This document shows positions 1 to 8,287 of a stretch of 29,676 bases of DNA, piece by piece. The stretch is from IMG/VR virus record IMGVR_UViG_3300050494_000042; one strand, given 5' to 3'. The notes under the pieces were generated by a model. It ran no database searches, was not told the DNA's origin, and was given only the letters and a program-made list of their open reading frames with translations. The position numbers and the translations under genes were made by a program. The number at the start of each line of letters is the position of its first letter. Within the stretch, counting starts at the first letter, position 1. The DNA is from a virus.

Positions 1-12
1 GGAGAGAGATTA

Positions 13-330
13 GTGGCAAAGAAAAAACAGAAGGGGATTGTCGTTCCACACTCGCCTGCCCCGTGGCGATGGCACGACAACGGACGGGACTTGCTAGACG
101 CCAACGGGAAAGTCCTGTTGCAAATCAGTGATCTTCAACATGATGCAGACGCCAATGTCACGGTGGCAGGACCGGCTCTCGTGGCCGCGTGTAACAGAAT
201 GCGAAATGCGATCCTGAATTGGGGTCCGACTGACGATGGAACGCCCGAAGGACAAGAAGTCGAAAATGCCCTGGACGGACTCATGGAAGCTCTTTTGTAC
301 GCGAAGTACGGTATTCAACCGGAGAAATGA
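13..330 (+). CDS. hypothetical phage protein
   Basis: 105 aa ORF after a purine-rich RBS. The HSPAPW...DADA..AGPAL pattern resembles small phage 'HTPGPW' proteins. Confidence 0.7.
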   Translation: MAKKKQKGIVVPHSPAPWRWHDNGRDLLDANGKVLLQISDLQHDADANVTVAGPALVAACNRMRNAILNWGPTDDGTPEGQEVENALDGLMEALLYAKYGIQPEK

Positions 331-331
331 A

Positions 332-604
332 ATGGTGATTTGGAAATTCGAGGTACCTCTCGACAAGATCAACGATGTTCTATCCGTCGAAATGCCTGCG
401 GGTGCTCGGGTGCTCTCGGTGGGCAACCAGAACGAGAAGCTGTGTTTCTGGGCACTCGTAAATCCGCAAGAGAAGCCCGCAATGAGGTTGTTCCTTCTCG
501 TGGGCACCGGCAATTCATCACCAGACGTGAATTTCGGGACGTTCATCGGGACTGTTCAGTTCATGCAGGGCACTTTCGTTCTGCATGTGTTTGATGCCAA
601 CTAA
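332..604 (+). CDS. conserved small phage protein (IWKF...MPAGA..LSV..Q...WA...GTG...GT.Q...VLHVF family)
   Basis: ATG at 332 after GGAGA. The motif pattern is typical of a widespread ~90 aa phage family. Confidence 0.8.
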   Translation: MVIWKFEVPLDKINDVLSVEMPAGARVLSVGNQNEKLCFWALVNPQEKPAMRLFLLVGTGNSSPDVNFGTFIGTVQFMQGTFVLHVFDAN

Positions 605-616
605 CGGGGAAACAAC

Positions 617-967
617 GTGAAATTCGACTTAGAAGCTCACAACTGGCGTATCCTGCGTGGGCTGTTGCGTGCCAAGAATAAAGGACTCACCGGAGCCGAA
701 CTTCGCAAGCTCTGGTGGTCCCGTCGCAGCAAGAGTGGCAGGTTCCTGGATGAGCTTGTGAAGTTGAACTTGATTCAAGCCGTCAAGGTGTGCGACTGTA
801 CGTCCACGCTGCCCTCTGAAGTCCGAAAGCCAGTGCAGATGCGGACCGTGTACACCATCACCGACGCGGGCAAGGTGGCTGCGGAATACGGAGAGTTCGA
901 GAAACCGTTTCCGGTTCCCGCTCTAAGTCCCGTGGTGGCCAACGGAAAGGTGAAAAAGTCCAAGTAG
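617..967 (+). CDS. winged-helix DNA-binding protein (PadR/MarR-like)
   Basis: GLTGAEL...FLDELVKLNLI...YTITDAGK is a wHTH signature. Confidence 0.6.
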   Translation: MKFDLEAHNWRILRGLLRAKNKGLTGAELRKLWWSRRSKSGRFLDELVKLNLIQAVKVCDCTSTLPSEVRKPVQMRTVYTITDAGKVAAEYGEFEKPFPVPALSPVVANGKVKKSK

Positions 968-971
968 GAAT

Positions 972-1042
972 TTGCCTTTCAGGGAATTGTGTCCTATGGT
1001 TGGGTGTTCCGAGAATGACACCCAACACAAGGAAACACGATG
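972..1042 (+). promoter_or_regulatory. early promoter/leader cassette, copy 1 (exact 71-bp repeat)
   Basis: TTGCCT(972-977)-17 nt-TATGGT(995-1000), hairpin GTTGGGTGTT/GACACCCAAC, RBS AAGGA, ATG. Identical to 4231-4301. Confidence 0.85.
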
Positions 1043-1258
1043 CCTGTTACATTTGTCAAGCAGAAGGGGAAAATTGTCGGGATGAACATGACATTCGCCG
1101 AAATGCGGGTGTCTTACAAGATCCTAACCGGCAAGAAGATTGAGAATGACGACTTCCAGGGAGCGGGCAAGGAAGTGATGGGGAAGTTCACGGAGAAGCA
1201 GATTCGCGATGCTGTGAACAGCTTCAACCACGAAGAGTACATGAAAGGCGACTACTAA
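1040..1258 (+). CDS. hypothetical early protein
   Basis: 72 aa ORF starting at the ATG of the repeated cassette. Confidence 0.8.
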   Translation: MPVTFVKQKGKIVGMNMTFAEMRVSYKILTGKKIENDDFQGAGKEVMGKFTEKQIRDAVNSFNHEEYMKGDY

Positions 1259-1273
1259 CACGGAGGGAAATTC

Positions 1274-1483
1274 ATGACGATTATCGTTACACGCAAGGAA
1301 TACAACACCCTGATCAGCCTGTTCCCGGCTTACATGGTCGGGGACTGGCTGGAAATGTCGAAGTCCTGGTCGCTTGCGGGTGTCACGGTGACGACCCAGC
1401 GACAGGAAATGAAACTGGGTCTGGAGTCCCGGCTCCAGATTGTCCGCAAAACACTGGAGGACGTGTCATGTCCACGAAAATGA
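1274..1483 (+). CDS. hypothetical protein
   Basis: 69 aa, RBS GGAGGG. Confidence 0.65.
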   Translation: MTIIVTRKEYNTLISLFPAYMVGDWLEMSKSWSLAGVTVTTQRQEMKLGLESRLQIVRKTLEDVSCPRK

Positions 1484-2175
1484 CTGAGGAAGCGAAAGCC
1501 CGATTGCGGGAAGTCGCAGCGTCCAAAAAGGGACGCGACACGCTACAAGGACTGGACCAGACGGTCGGAGGCATAGGACTCGATTTCGTCATGGATCAAC
1601 AGGCTTCCGCCCCGTTACCTGAAGTGAAAGTCGCAAAGAATGGATACGTGCTAACTCCCGGTCCCCACGGGATGACAGCAGCATCAGACGATGAAGGGGC
1701 AGTGTCAATTTCCTATTGGCGGGTACACAGTGAAAGCAAGAACCCTACCATCCCCTGGGTTCGCCTGAAACAATGCCCGCAGTGGGTCTTCGATGAGTTC
1801 GCGTCACGATGGACGGTCCGCAAGATCGCCTTCCAGTCCTACAAGGGACCACAGACAGGAACTGAATGGGAAACCGTGACGGTGGTTCCCATCGACATTG
1901 CGGTGGCATGGTTCCGGTTCCTGTGGCCAGAAGAGGACCAGTGGGGTAAGCGAGTCAAGAAGTACTTCACCGGGTTCACCGAAGGGTGGATTCAGAAGTA
2001 TCCAGGAGTGGGAGCACAATTAAAACTCGAATCCATGCCAGACCAGCCCGAACTAGATCAGATGCCAGCACGAGTCACTAAAATCAGTCCAGAATCAGGA
2101 AGGACTTTCTGTCGAGTGGGGGACGGAAGTACGGTCTGGTTGATGAAGACGGACAAGTGGGAAGTGATCGGTTGA
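1468..2175 (+). CDS. hypothetical protein
   Basis: 235 aa, RBS GGAGG, fits the operon. Confidence 0.75.
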   Translation: MSTKMTEEAKARLREVAASKKGRDTLQGLDQTVGGIGLDFVMDQQASAPLPEVKVAKNGYVLTPGPHGMTAASDDEGAVSISYWRVHSESKNPTIPWVRLKQCPQWVFDEFASRWTVRKIAFQSYKGPQTGTEWETVTVVPIDIAVAWFRFLWPEEDQWGKRVKKYFTGFTEGWIQKYPGVGAQLKLESMPDQPELDQMPARVTKISPESGRTFCRVGDGSTVWLMKTDKWEVIG

Positions 2176-2227
2176 CGCAACCCTAATCGTAGTGCATTCT
2201 TCACCAGGGAAACGTTTCCCTGGTGAA
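2172..2227 (+). promoter_or_regulatory. putative sigma70 promoter followed by a perfect 28-bp palindrome
   Basis: TTGACG(2172-2177)-17 nt-CATTCT(2195-2200). Palindrome TTCACCAGGGAAACGTTTCCCTGGTGAA at 2200-2227. Confidence 0.6.
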
Positions 2228-2249
2228 TCTGCTAACGGGAATCCATCTG

Positions 2250-2522
2250 ATGAGTGAACGAACCGGACAGCCCTGGAACGACTACCCAGAACTGTCGGAG
2301 GAAGTGAAGTCGATCCTCAATCGACTGAACGAAATCTCCGATGAACTCTTTGAAGTAGTTCGTCATCAACCATCCGTCAGGAGTTCCAGTCCGGAGTTCG
2401 CCATCGGGGTGGCGGTGGATGATCTACTGGCCCTGGCCGTGGACAGGCGATGGGAGTTCATTTCCTTGAAGGCCAGCATGGTGGCGATTCAGGCACTTCC
2501 CCCAGAACCAATGGATAACTGA
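2250..2522 (+). CDS. hypothetical protein
   Basis: Helical 90 aa ORF. The ATG at 2250 is preferred to the GTG at 2223, which lies in the palindrome. Confidence 0.65.
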   Translation: MSERTGQPWNDYPELSEEVKSILNRLNEISDELFEVVRHQPSVRSSSPEFAIGVAVDDLLALAVDRRWEFISLKASMVAIQALPPEPMDN

Positions 2523-2525
2523 CAC

Positions 2526-3962
2526 GTGCAATTCCTGTCTAAACCATACCCATTTCAGTCTGAGGATGTTCGACTGATGCAGTCGAAGTTCGGTGGACGT
2601 GTACTGAACAGCAACTCCGTGGGCACAGGAAAAAGTCTGGAGACTCTCCTGTTCATCCATAAATACCTACCAAAAGACCCTCCTGGACCTGTGGTCATCG
2701 TCCCACCCGCTCACCTGAAAATTAATTGGAGCCGGGAGATACTGAAACACACGGGGCAACGTTCCTTCATCTGCTACCACGAACGAGTTCCACCTGAGAC
2801 CCTTCCCCCCGAAGACCCCAATTCGATCCTGATTTGCAATTACAACATTCTCGTTCCGCCACGGTGGAGGAGCCGAATGGCATTCCCACCTGATTCATGG
2901 GCCGCATGGCTGAAGAACCTCAAGCCCCGGATGGTTGTAGCGGACGAAGGTCACGCTCTGAAAGACATCCGGTCACAACGGACACGAGCATTCAAAAAGA
3001 TGGTAGAAGGGGTTGAGTACGTCCACATCTTGACGGGAACTCCAATCACGAATCAGCCGGGGGATCTGTGGCCACTTCTAAACATCCTTCGTCCTGACCT
3101 GTACCGTTCACAATGGGAATTCCTTAACCATCATTCCCATCTACGGAGATACTGGTGGGGATGGCGTGCTACCGGAGCCAAAGACCTCGATCTCCTTCAC
3201 GAAGAACTTTCTCGGACAGTAATGATCAGACGAAGGAAAGAAGACGTCCTGGAAGACCTTCCTCCCGTCACGTACTCGACAGTGCCCATCGAAGTGGACT
3301 TGCGAGATTACCGCAAAGCGGAAGGGGACTTCTTGGGATGGATGGAGAAGGAATTCCCCACCAAAGCCCGCAACGCAGCGAAAGCGGAGCAGTTGTCGAA
3401 GCTGAACTTCCTGAAGCAGATGGTGGGGCAGTTAAAAGTCAAAGCTGTCATCTCCCTGATCGAGGATTACTTGGAATCGACGGATGGGAAGATCCTTCTG
3501 GGGGCTATCCACCATTCCGTGACGAAGCCACTGATGGAAGCGTTGGGGGGATGTGCAGTTCTGGTCAATGGGAAGCTCACCGACAAGCAGAAGAACGAAG
3601 CATTCGATTTATTCAACTCGAACAAGAAGTGTCGAGTTCTGGTCGGGAATCTCCAAGCGGCAGGAACGGGTTGGAGTTGCCAGGCCACTTCCAATATCGA
3701 CATTATGGAAATGCCGTGGGTTCCGTCTGACATCATCCAATTCATCGGAAGATGTGACGGCATCAATCGTGGCATTCCGGGTACGGGTGCGTCTGTTCGC
3801 TTCCTGTTGGCTCCAAACACAATAGATGATGATCTCGCCAAAGCTAACGAGGTGAAGCAGAAGTGGGCCAATGAAGCGATTGATGGTTGTCCGGACGCGA
3901 TGTCACTTCCCGTGCATCAGATGGTCCTCGAAGCGATGCGGAGGCGGCATGGAAACCGTTGA
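2526..3962 (+). CDS. SNF2-family (DExH) helicase/translocase
   Basis: Walker A VGTGKS, IVPPAHLKINW..E, DEGH, LTGTPITN, MIRRRKEDVLEDLPP, AAGTG, EMPWVP..IIQ..GR. Confidence 0.92.
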   Translation: MQFLSKPYPFQSEDVRLMQSKFGGRVLNSNSVGTGKSLETLLFIHKYLPKDPPGPVVIVPPAHLKINWSREILKHTGQRSFICYHERVPPETLPPEDPNSILICNYNILVPPRWRSRMAFPPDSWAAWLKNLKPRMVVADEGHALKDIRSQRTRAFKKMVEGVEYVHILTGTPITNQPGDLWPLLNILRPDLYRSQWEFLNHHSHLRRYWWGWRATGAKDLDLLHEELSRTVMIRRRKEDVLEDLPPVTYSTVPIEVDLRDYRKAEGDFLGWMEKEFPTKARNAAKAEQLSKLNFLKQMVGQLKVKAVISLIEDYLESTDGKILLGAIHHSVTKPLMEALGGCAVLVNGKLTDKQKNEAFDLFNSNKKCRVLVGNLQAAGTGWSCQATSNIDIMEMPWVPSDIIQFIGRCDGINRGIPGTGASVRFLLAPNTIDDDLAKANEVKQKWANEAIDGCPDAMSLPVHQMVLEAMRRRHGNR

Positions 3963-4227
3963 ATTTTACGTGGATACTGATGGATTTCCGTGGACATTTC
4001 CACGGAACTGGCATCGAGGAAAGAAGATCCGAATTCCTGTCGAGATTGAGGAATGCATCATTGAGTCCAAATTAGCCATTGACGAAGTGGACTACGCCTC
4101 CGGAATCGTGGCGGACTGGATGGAAGAGAACCGGGAACTGCTCCACCAACTGAACCCCGACGCTCATGATGCCGTGGACCGAATGACGACTTACTTCCGC
4201 AGAATGTGGCAAGAGGTGGGGAAATAA
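3949..4227 (+). CDS. hypothetical protein with a TIGR02996-like ADW.EE motif
   Basis: ATG at 3949 overlaps the helicase end. Contains GIVADWMEENRE. Confidence 0.65.
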   Translation: METVEFYVDTDGFPWTFPRNWHRGKKIRIPVEIEECIIESKLAIDEVDYASGIVADWMEENRELLHQLNPDAHDAVDRMTTYFRRMWQEVGK

Positions 4228-4230
4228 AAA

Positions 4231-4301
4231 TTGCCTTTCAGGGAATTGTGTCCTATGGTTGGGTGTTCCGAGAATGACACCCAACACAAGGAAACACGAT
4301 G
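4231..4301 (+). promoter_or_regulatory. early promoter/leader cassette, copy 2 (exact 71-bp repeat)
   Basis: Base-for-base identical to 972-1042, up to and including the ATG. Confidence 0.85.
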
Positions 4302-4541
4302 AACGCCATCCAAATCACGATTACAGGGCAGTATGCCACACTCAGCCGGGGGCGGATTTCTGCCAAGCACGTTCAGTCTGGAGTCTGGGGAGAGCGTGGT
4401 AATAGTACAGTGACGCTGGATCGTCCTGGCAAGTGGATGGTTTCCCAGACGGATGGTTTCAATCGGAAGGAGACGGTGTACGTTACCGTCTCGGATGACG
4501 GGGAAATCAGTGGATTGGGGAGTCGGATGGAAGTTGTGTGA
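4299..4541 (+). CDS. hypothetical early protein
   Basis: 80 aa ORF starting at the cassette ATG. Confidence 0.8.
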   Translation: MNAIQITITGQYATLSRGRISAKHVQSGVWGERGNSTVTLDRPGKWMVSQTDGFNRKETVYVTVSDDGEISGLGSRMEVV

Positions 4542-4581
4542 GTATTCAGATGCACGATTCACGCCAAACCGGAGAATGAAG

Positions 4582-4803
4582 ATGAAGCTCGAAGACGCCA
4601 AGAAGATTGTAGCAGCCGCGAAGGAAGACGGCACAGAACTGCGACTTTATGAAAACTACAGCGGTCGGAGCACGTTCGGAGAAACGACCACGGGAATTGT
4701 TGGTTCCCTTGCGGAGATTGGCTACTACGCGGGGGTTGCTAAGGTTCCCGTCAAGTCGTTCCGTTGGGACAGCATGGGCAAGAGTGACAGTGTCTGCTAT
4801 TGA
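4582..4803 (+). CDS. hypothetical protein (YENYSGR...D.MG family)
   Basis: GGAG RBS at 4571. The YSGR.tfG..T.GI..DSMG motif is common in small phage proteins. Confidence 0.75.
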   Translation: MKLEDAKKIVAAAKEDGTELRLYENYSGRSTFGETTTGIVGSLAEIGYYAGVAKVPVKSFRWDSMGKSDSVCY

Positions 4804-4814
4804 ATCTCAAGTAA

Positions 4815-4863
4815 CCCGATTCACGCCAAAAGACCTCTCTCTGAAAATATGGCGTGAATCGGG
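4815..4863. terminator. 14-bp inverted repeat at a convergent gene junction (putative terminator)
   Basis: CCCGATTCACGCCA (4815-4828) pairs with TGGCGTGAATCGGG (4850-4863), followed by CACTTTT. Confidence 0.55.
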
Positions 4864-4880
4864 CACTTTTCGAGAAGTGT

Positions 4881-5180
4881 TTAGCCTGCCAGGAGGCTCA
4901 TGATGAAAGCCATGAGCATTTTACCGAGGTCCGAAGAAAGGAAGTCAGTAAAGAGCTTGATAAGCGAACCATCACCAATCGCACGGACTTGCGAAGTAGT
5001 ATTGGCAAGTTCTGCCAGCTTCACCTGTGCCTCGTCTGGGGCGAGGGAGACAGCGGTGTCGAACAGGTTGTCATCAATCAGATTCGCTAACTGGATCGAT
5101 TCGAGAAGGTTGTGGCCTTTTGCTCGAAGTTCCTGCCGTGCCTTAGCACGGGTCAGGAGAAGCAGTACCGGATGGTGCAT
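4881..5180 (-). CDS. hypothetical protein with a hydrophobic C-terminus
   Basis: 99 aa, GAGG RBS, ends LGKMLMAFIMSLLAG. Confidence 0.7.
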   Translation of the reverse strand: MHHPVLLLLTRAKARQELRAKGHNLLESIQLANLIDDNLFDTAVSLAPDEAQVKLAELANTTSQVRAIGDGSLIKLFTDFLSSDLGKMLMAFIMSLLAG

Positions 5181-5192
5181 GTGGAGCCTCGG

Positions 5193-5312
5193 TTAAGAGA
5201 AGAGAATCGACCAGCGGATTCCGTACAGGAAGAATATCGTCGTGGAAGCGACGAACGCTCCCAAGAAGAAGTACGCTGGCCAGGGATTCGATTCGCAGCA
5301 GCAGTTTTTCAT
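5193..5312 (-). CDS. small single-TM protein (39 aa, not in the ORF track)
   Basis: Translated by hand: MKNCCCESNPWPAYFFLGAFVASTTIFFLYGIRWSILFS*. It fills the intergenic gap. Confidence 0.5.
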   Translation of the reverse strand: MKNCCCESNPWPAYFFLGAFVASTTIFFLYGIRWSILFS

Positions 5313-5318
5313 GTCGGA

Positions 5319-5567
5319 TTACCCCAAAGTACGGATTGCGTTGAAGATCAATTCTCTTGCACAGACCACCTCCACCACGCACAGGACAGTGAAGATTACC
5401 ACGAAGAACCATCCCCTGGGGTAAGAGGACCAGCACATCGCCAGGAACAAGGTGCTCATGACGATGTGAGCACATGCCTGGTAGACGCCATCCTTGACGC
5501 CCACGATGCGAGGAATCGCGACAGCGAAGGCCAGTACCAGCCACATGGCAGAATAGGCGATGGACAT
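5319..5567 (-). CDS. small multi-pass membrane protein (holin candidate)
   Basis: 82 aa with about three hydrophobic segments. Its start overlaps the upstream stop. Confidence 0.6.
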   Translation of the reverse strand: MSIAYSAMWLVLAFAVAIPRIVGVKDGVYQACAHIVMSTLFLAMCWSSYPRGWFFVVIFTVLCVVEVVCARELIFNAIRTLG

Positions 5568-6121
5568 TACCAGCCTCGAAGTTTGGGAAACAGCAGGGGA
5601 CGGGATTGTTGTGAGGATGGGCAGTTACCCCCAGAGCATCCGCCCTGAGAACTACTCGGAATCACGTATTGGGGAGTAGCGAAAGTCCTGGGGTAGGACG
5701 CCTCCACTGCCCCATCACGGTTCGGATTCACCCGGCCTTCCACGAGAACCTTCACCTTCTGGCCGTTCTGATCCGTGGCCCAGACTTCTTCAATTCCCGA
5801 TGGAAGGGCAGAAGCGACAGGCGACTTGACGGGGCACGACTGCGGACATCCCGTTCCCCCCTTCGATTTGCAGAAGGACGCTCCGCAGTTGGTACTGGCG
5901 GTACAGCCACACCCGGAAGAGACGACTCGCGACGGAACGGCTGCGGGACCACCCCTGACGGCAAGCTGGGCCTTCAGGAGAGCAACCTCCTTTTCGAGAG
6001 CAGTCACCCTCTGCTCGACAGCCTCCACCTTGCCGTCGATGAGGTAGTATTTGGTCGGCTCGTCAGCCCGTGCCGCGAACGCCCCACACGCAAGAACAGC
6101 AATCGTGAATAAGTAACGCAT
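5567..6121 (-). CDS. secreted Cys-rich protein with a coiled coil
   Basis: Signal peptide (…AFAARA/D), coiled coil, Cys cluster, C-terminal GGCSGGNCP. Confidence 0.75.
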   Translation of the reverse strand: MRYLFTIAVLACGAFAARADEPTKYYLIDGKVEAVEQRVTALEKEVALLKAQLAVRGGPAAVPSRVVSSGCGCTASTNCGASFCKSKGGTGCPQSCPVKSPVASALPSGIEEVWATDQNGQKVKVLVEGRVNPNRDGAVEASYPRTFATPQYVIPSSSQGGCSGGNCPSSQQSRPLLFPKLRGW

Positions 6122-6133
6122 GATGAATTTCCT

Positions 6134-7693
6134 TTAAGGTTTGAGGGTGAGTGGTTCTTTATCGAACATCTGGAACGGATCGCGTTTGGGTTCACTGAAC
6201 GACGTCTTCGGAACCGGGAAGTCCGTCTTGGTCTGAATCACGCTCCGACACGCCCACACGGAACCAAAGTCCGGTCCCTTGAACAGAGATTCGGGGATGA
6301 TACAGTTCCCGGCCCCCAGAGTGCCGTCCCGCGAGTTGCCCCATCCCGCCCCCCACGAATTCCGGATACGCAGTGCCCACGTACCATCAGCGAGTTGAAT
6401 CAGCCCATACGCACAGAGAGCGTGTCCACCCGACCCGCCGCGTCCCTGCCGGGGCAGGACGCCGTTGGAATCGACATCGAAGTTGTCGTACCACGCAATC
6501 GCGATCTGTGCAAAGAATCCCTGTTGTACAGCAGACGCCAGGGCGTCGAAGTCGTCGCACAGGTACGCTTCCGCGAATCGATTGGGCTTACGGGCTGCGA
6601 TGGTGGCCGCGTCGTTGTACCGCCTGCCGTTCCAGATGTACGGAATCATCGAAGTCGGTGCGACACCATTCGTCAGGAGTTCGACCAGATTATCTTCGGG
6701 CATACTGCCCTGGTCACGCCCACCGTTGACCCGGCTGTACAAGTCGCCCGCACTGGCGTAGATGTACGGCAATCCCGCCTGGTTCCGACACGCTTCCCAC
6801 ACTGTACAAGCCGAAGAACTCGCACACTGGCCAATGCCGTCCTGATCGTGAACAGGAGGCAGGAATGCACTGAGATTAACCGGCTTCCACTTGTCGCGGG
6901 GAATGAGGGGGACGCTGGGGGTTTCACCAAACTTGACCCACTTCAACTTCGGCTTGGCAAGGCTTGCCCCCAGTGCCCGTTTCCCATTGTGGAGATCGAA
7001 CGCGGCAATGAAGGCATCATCGGTCGTCGGGCAGGCGAGATCCTTGATGATCTTCCCATCCACGTCAAGTAGCCAAAGCCAGGGGAGTGTCTTCCCCACT
7101 GCAAGGGCTTTGAACTGAATCGCAGCCGGGTCGTCTCCATCGGCATTGATTGCAATGAGTCGGTGTGTCAGTCCCGACGCCCGATAGAAGCTCGCGACCT
7201 TCGGACTGCCCAGGATATCGCCACGCCACGCCTGAGCCTTCGCGGTGTCCTCCACAACAACGAATCGCGACACCTTCCCGGTTGGTACTGGTGGAGGGGG
7301 TGGGGGAGGAGGATCGGGTTTCGGGTCAGGCTTGGGATCGGGTTTGGGGCCAAAATTGACTGTGAAGTCAACCTGATTGGCTGTTTTCTTGTCGAAGTCG
7401 ATGATGTCATTAAGGACTGTAACCGTGCCTGCACCCGCGAAGATCACTCTCCCCTGGGGCAACCCCTTCGAGGATTGCGTGATTGTCCCAATCGACCGCT
7501 GAAGTACCGTTGCCCCGGCTGGCACGTCGAAAGTGATATCGGCGTATCCGCCTGTCGGGACGTCGAGCGTGTCTCCATTCTTGACCTTCGCGACAATGAC
7601 GGCAGGTTTCGTGTCCGGTTCGGCGGGAACTAACCCAAAGACAGGTACGATGAGCAGGCAAGATGTGAAAATCGACGCCATCCAGAAACGCAT
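6134..7693 (-). CDS. secreted papain-like (C1) cysteine peptidase, endolysin candidate
   Basis: DQDGIGQCASS (Gln/Cys), GGHAL (His), IRNSWG..WG (Asn). Signal peptide from the ATG at 7693, PKPD/poly-Pro linker, thioredoxin-like middle domain. Confidence 0.88.
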   Translation of the reverse strand: MRFWMASIFTSCLLIVPVFGLVPAEPDTKPAVIVAKVKNGDTLDVPTGGYADITFDVPAGATVLQRSIGTITQSSKGLPQGRVIFAGAGTVTVLNDIIDFDKKTANQVDFTVNFGPKPDPKPDPKPDPPPPPPPPVPTGKVSRFVVVEDTAKAQAWRGDILGSPKVASFYRASGLTHRLIAINADGDDPAAIQFKALAVGKTLPWLWLLDVDGKIIKDLACPTTDDAFIAAFDLHNGKRALGASLAKPKLKWVKFGETPSVPLIPRDKWKPVNLSAFLPPVHDQDGIGQCASSSACTVWEACRNQAGLPYIYASAGDLYSRVNGGRDQGSMPEDNLVELLTNGVAPTSMIPYIWNGRRYNDAATIAARKPNRFAEAYLCDDFDALASAVQQGFFAQIAIAWYDNFDVDSNGVLPRQGRGGSGGHALCAYGLIQLADGTWALRIRNSWGAGWGNSRDGTLGAGNCIIPESLFKGPDFGSVWACRSVIQTKTDFPVPKTSFSEPKRDPFQMFDKEPLTLKP

Positions 7694-7700
7694 AAGTCCC

Positions 7701-7844
7701 TCACTTGTCGAAGAGAAGAAGAACCGCAGCAGCCAACGCGACAATTCCTAGCAGGAAATTCTGAAGCTCAAACTTAATGTTAGTTAGTAAAAGCAAGCCG
7801 TACAAGATCAGGAAAACGGCCAGTGCTATTCGCCAGAGTTTCAT
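7701..7844 (-). CDS. 47-aa two-TM protein (holin candidate, not in the ORF track)
   Basis: MKLWRIALAVFLILYGLLLLTNIKFELQNFLLGIVALAAAVLLLFDK*, with an AGGGG RBS, immediately upstream of the peptidase. Confidence 0.75.
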   Translation of the reverse strand: MKLWRIALAVFLILYGLLLLTNIKFELQNFLLGIVALAAAVLLLFDK

Positions 7845-7852
7845 GGTTTCCC

Positions 7853-8287
7853 CTATTCATCACACGGGCAAATGTAGGGCTTCAGTAGTGCTGCCAAGTT
7901 CGACAATGCCGTGGAGTCCATCGCTCCGAAGAGTACCCCCGCCAGAGCAAGAAGCGTTGGCTGGGATGCCGTATTAATCATGGCATTGAACAGGTCTTGA
8001 AGCTCCGCATTCGGAAACTGTGACGGTCTTTCCCAATACGGTCCTTTCCAGGGTGAACGGTTGGGGTCGTAGGAGATGACTCCAAAATAATCTGGTGGTG
8101 GAAGGTCCACACATTGGTCGTCTTCGCAACTACCCATTGTACCGGATGGTTTGCCCACACAGTCCGGACAGCAACCGCAAGGGGGGTCATCCCCTAACAT
8201 TAGTGTCTTTGTTTTAGCAACACCTTTTAGCTTTGGTTTGGATTTATTTTTGGTAGAATTCACTACCTTCTTGGGGGTTTCAGCCAT
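7853..8287 (-). CDS. hypothetical protein (basic N-terminus, Cys-rich)
   Basis: 144 aa ORF collinear with the operon. Confidence 0.65.
   Translation of the reverse strand: MAETPKKVVNSTKNKSKPKLKGVAKTKTLMLGDDPPCGCCPDCVGKPSGTMGSCEDDQCVDLPPPDYFGVISYDPNRSPWKGPYWERPSQFPNAELQDLFNAMINTASQPTLLALAGVLFGAMDSTALSNLAALLKPYICPCDE

Noticed and set aside
7285-7350. Short tandem repeats here and at 9560-9598
   Set aside because: They are explained by the protein-level PKPD/poly-Pro linker and a coiled-coil heptad duplication.
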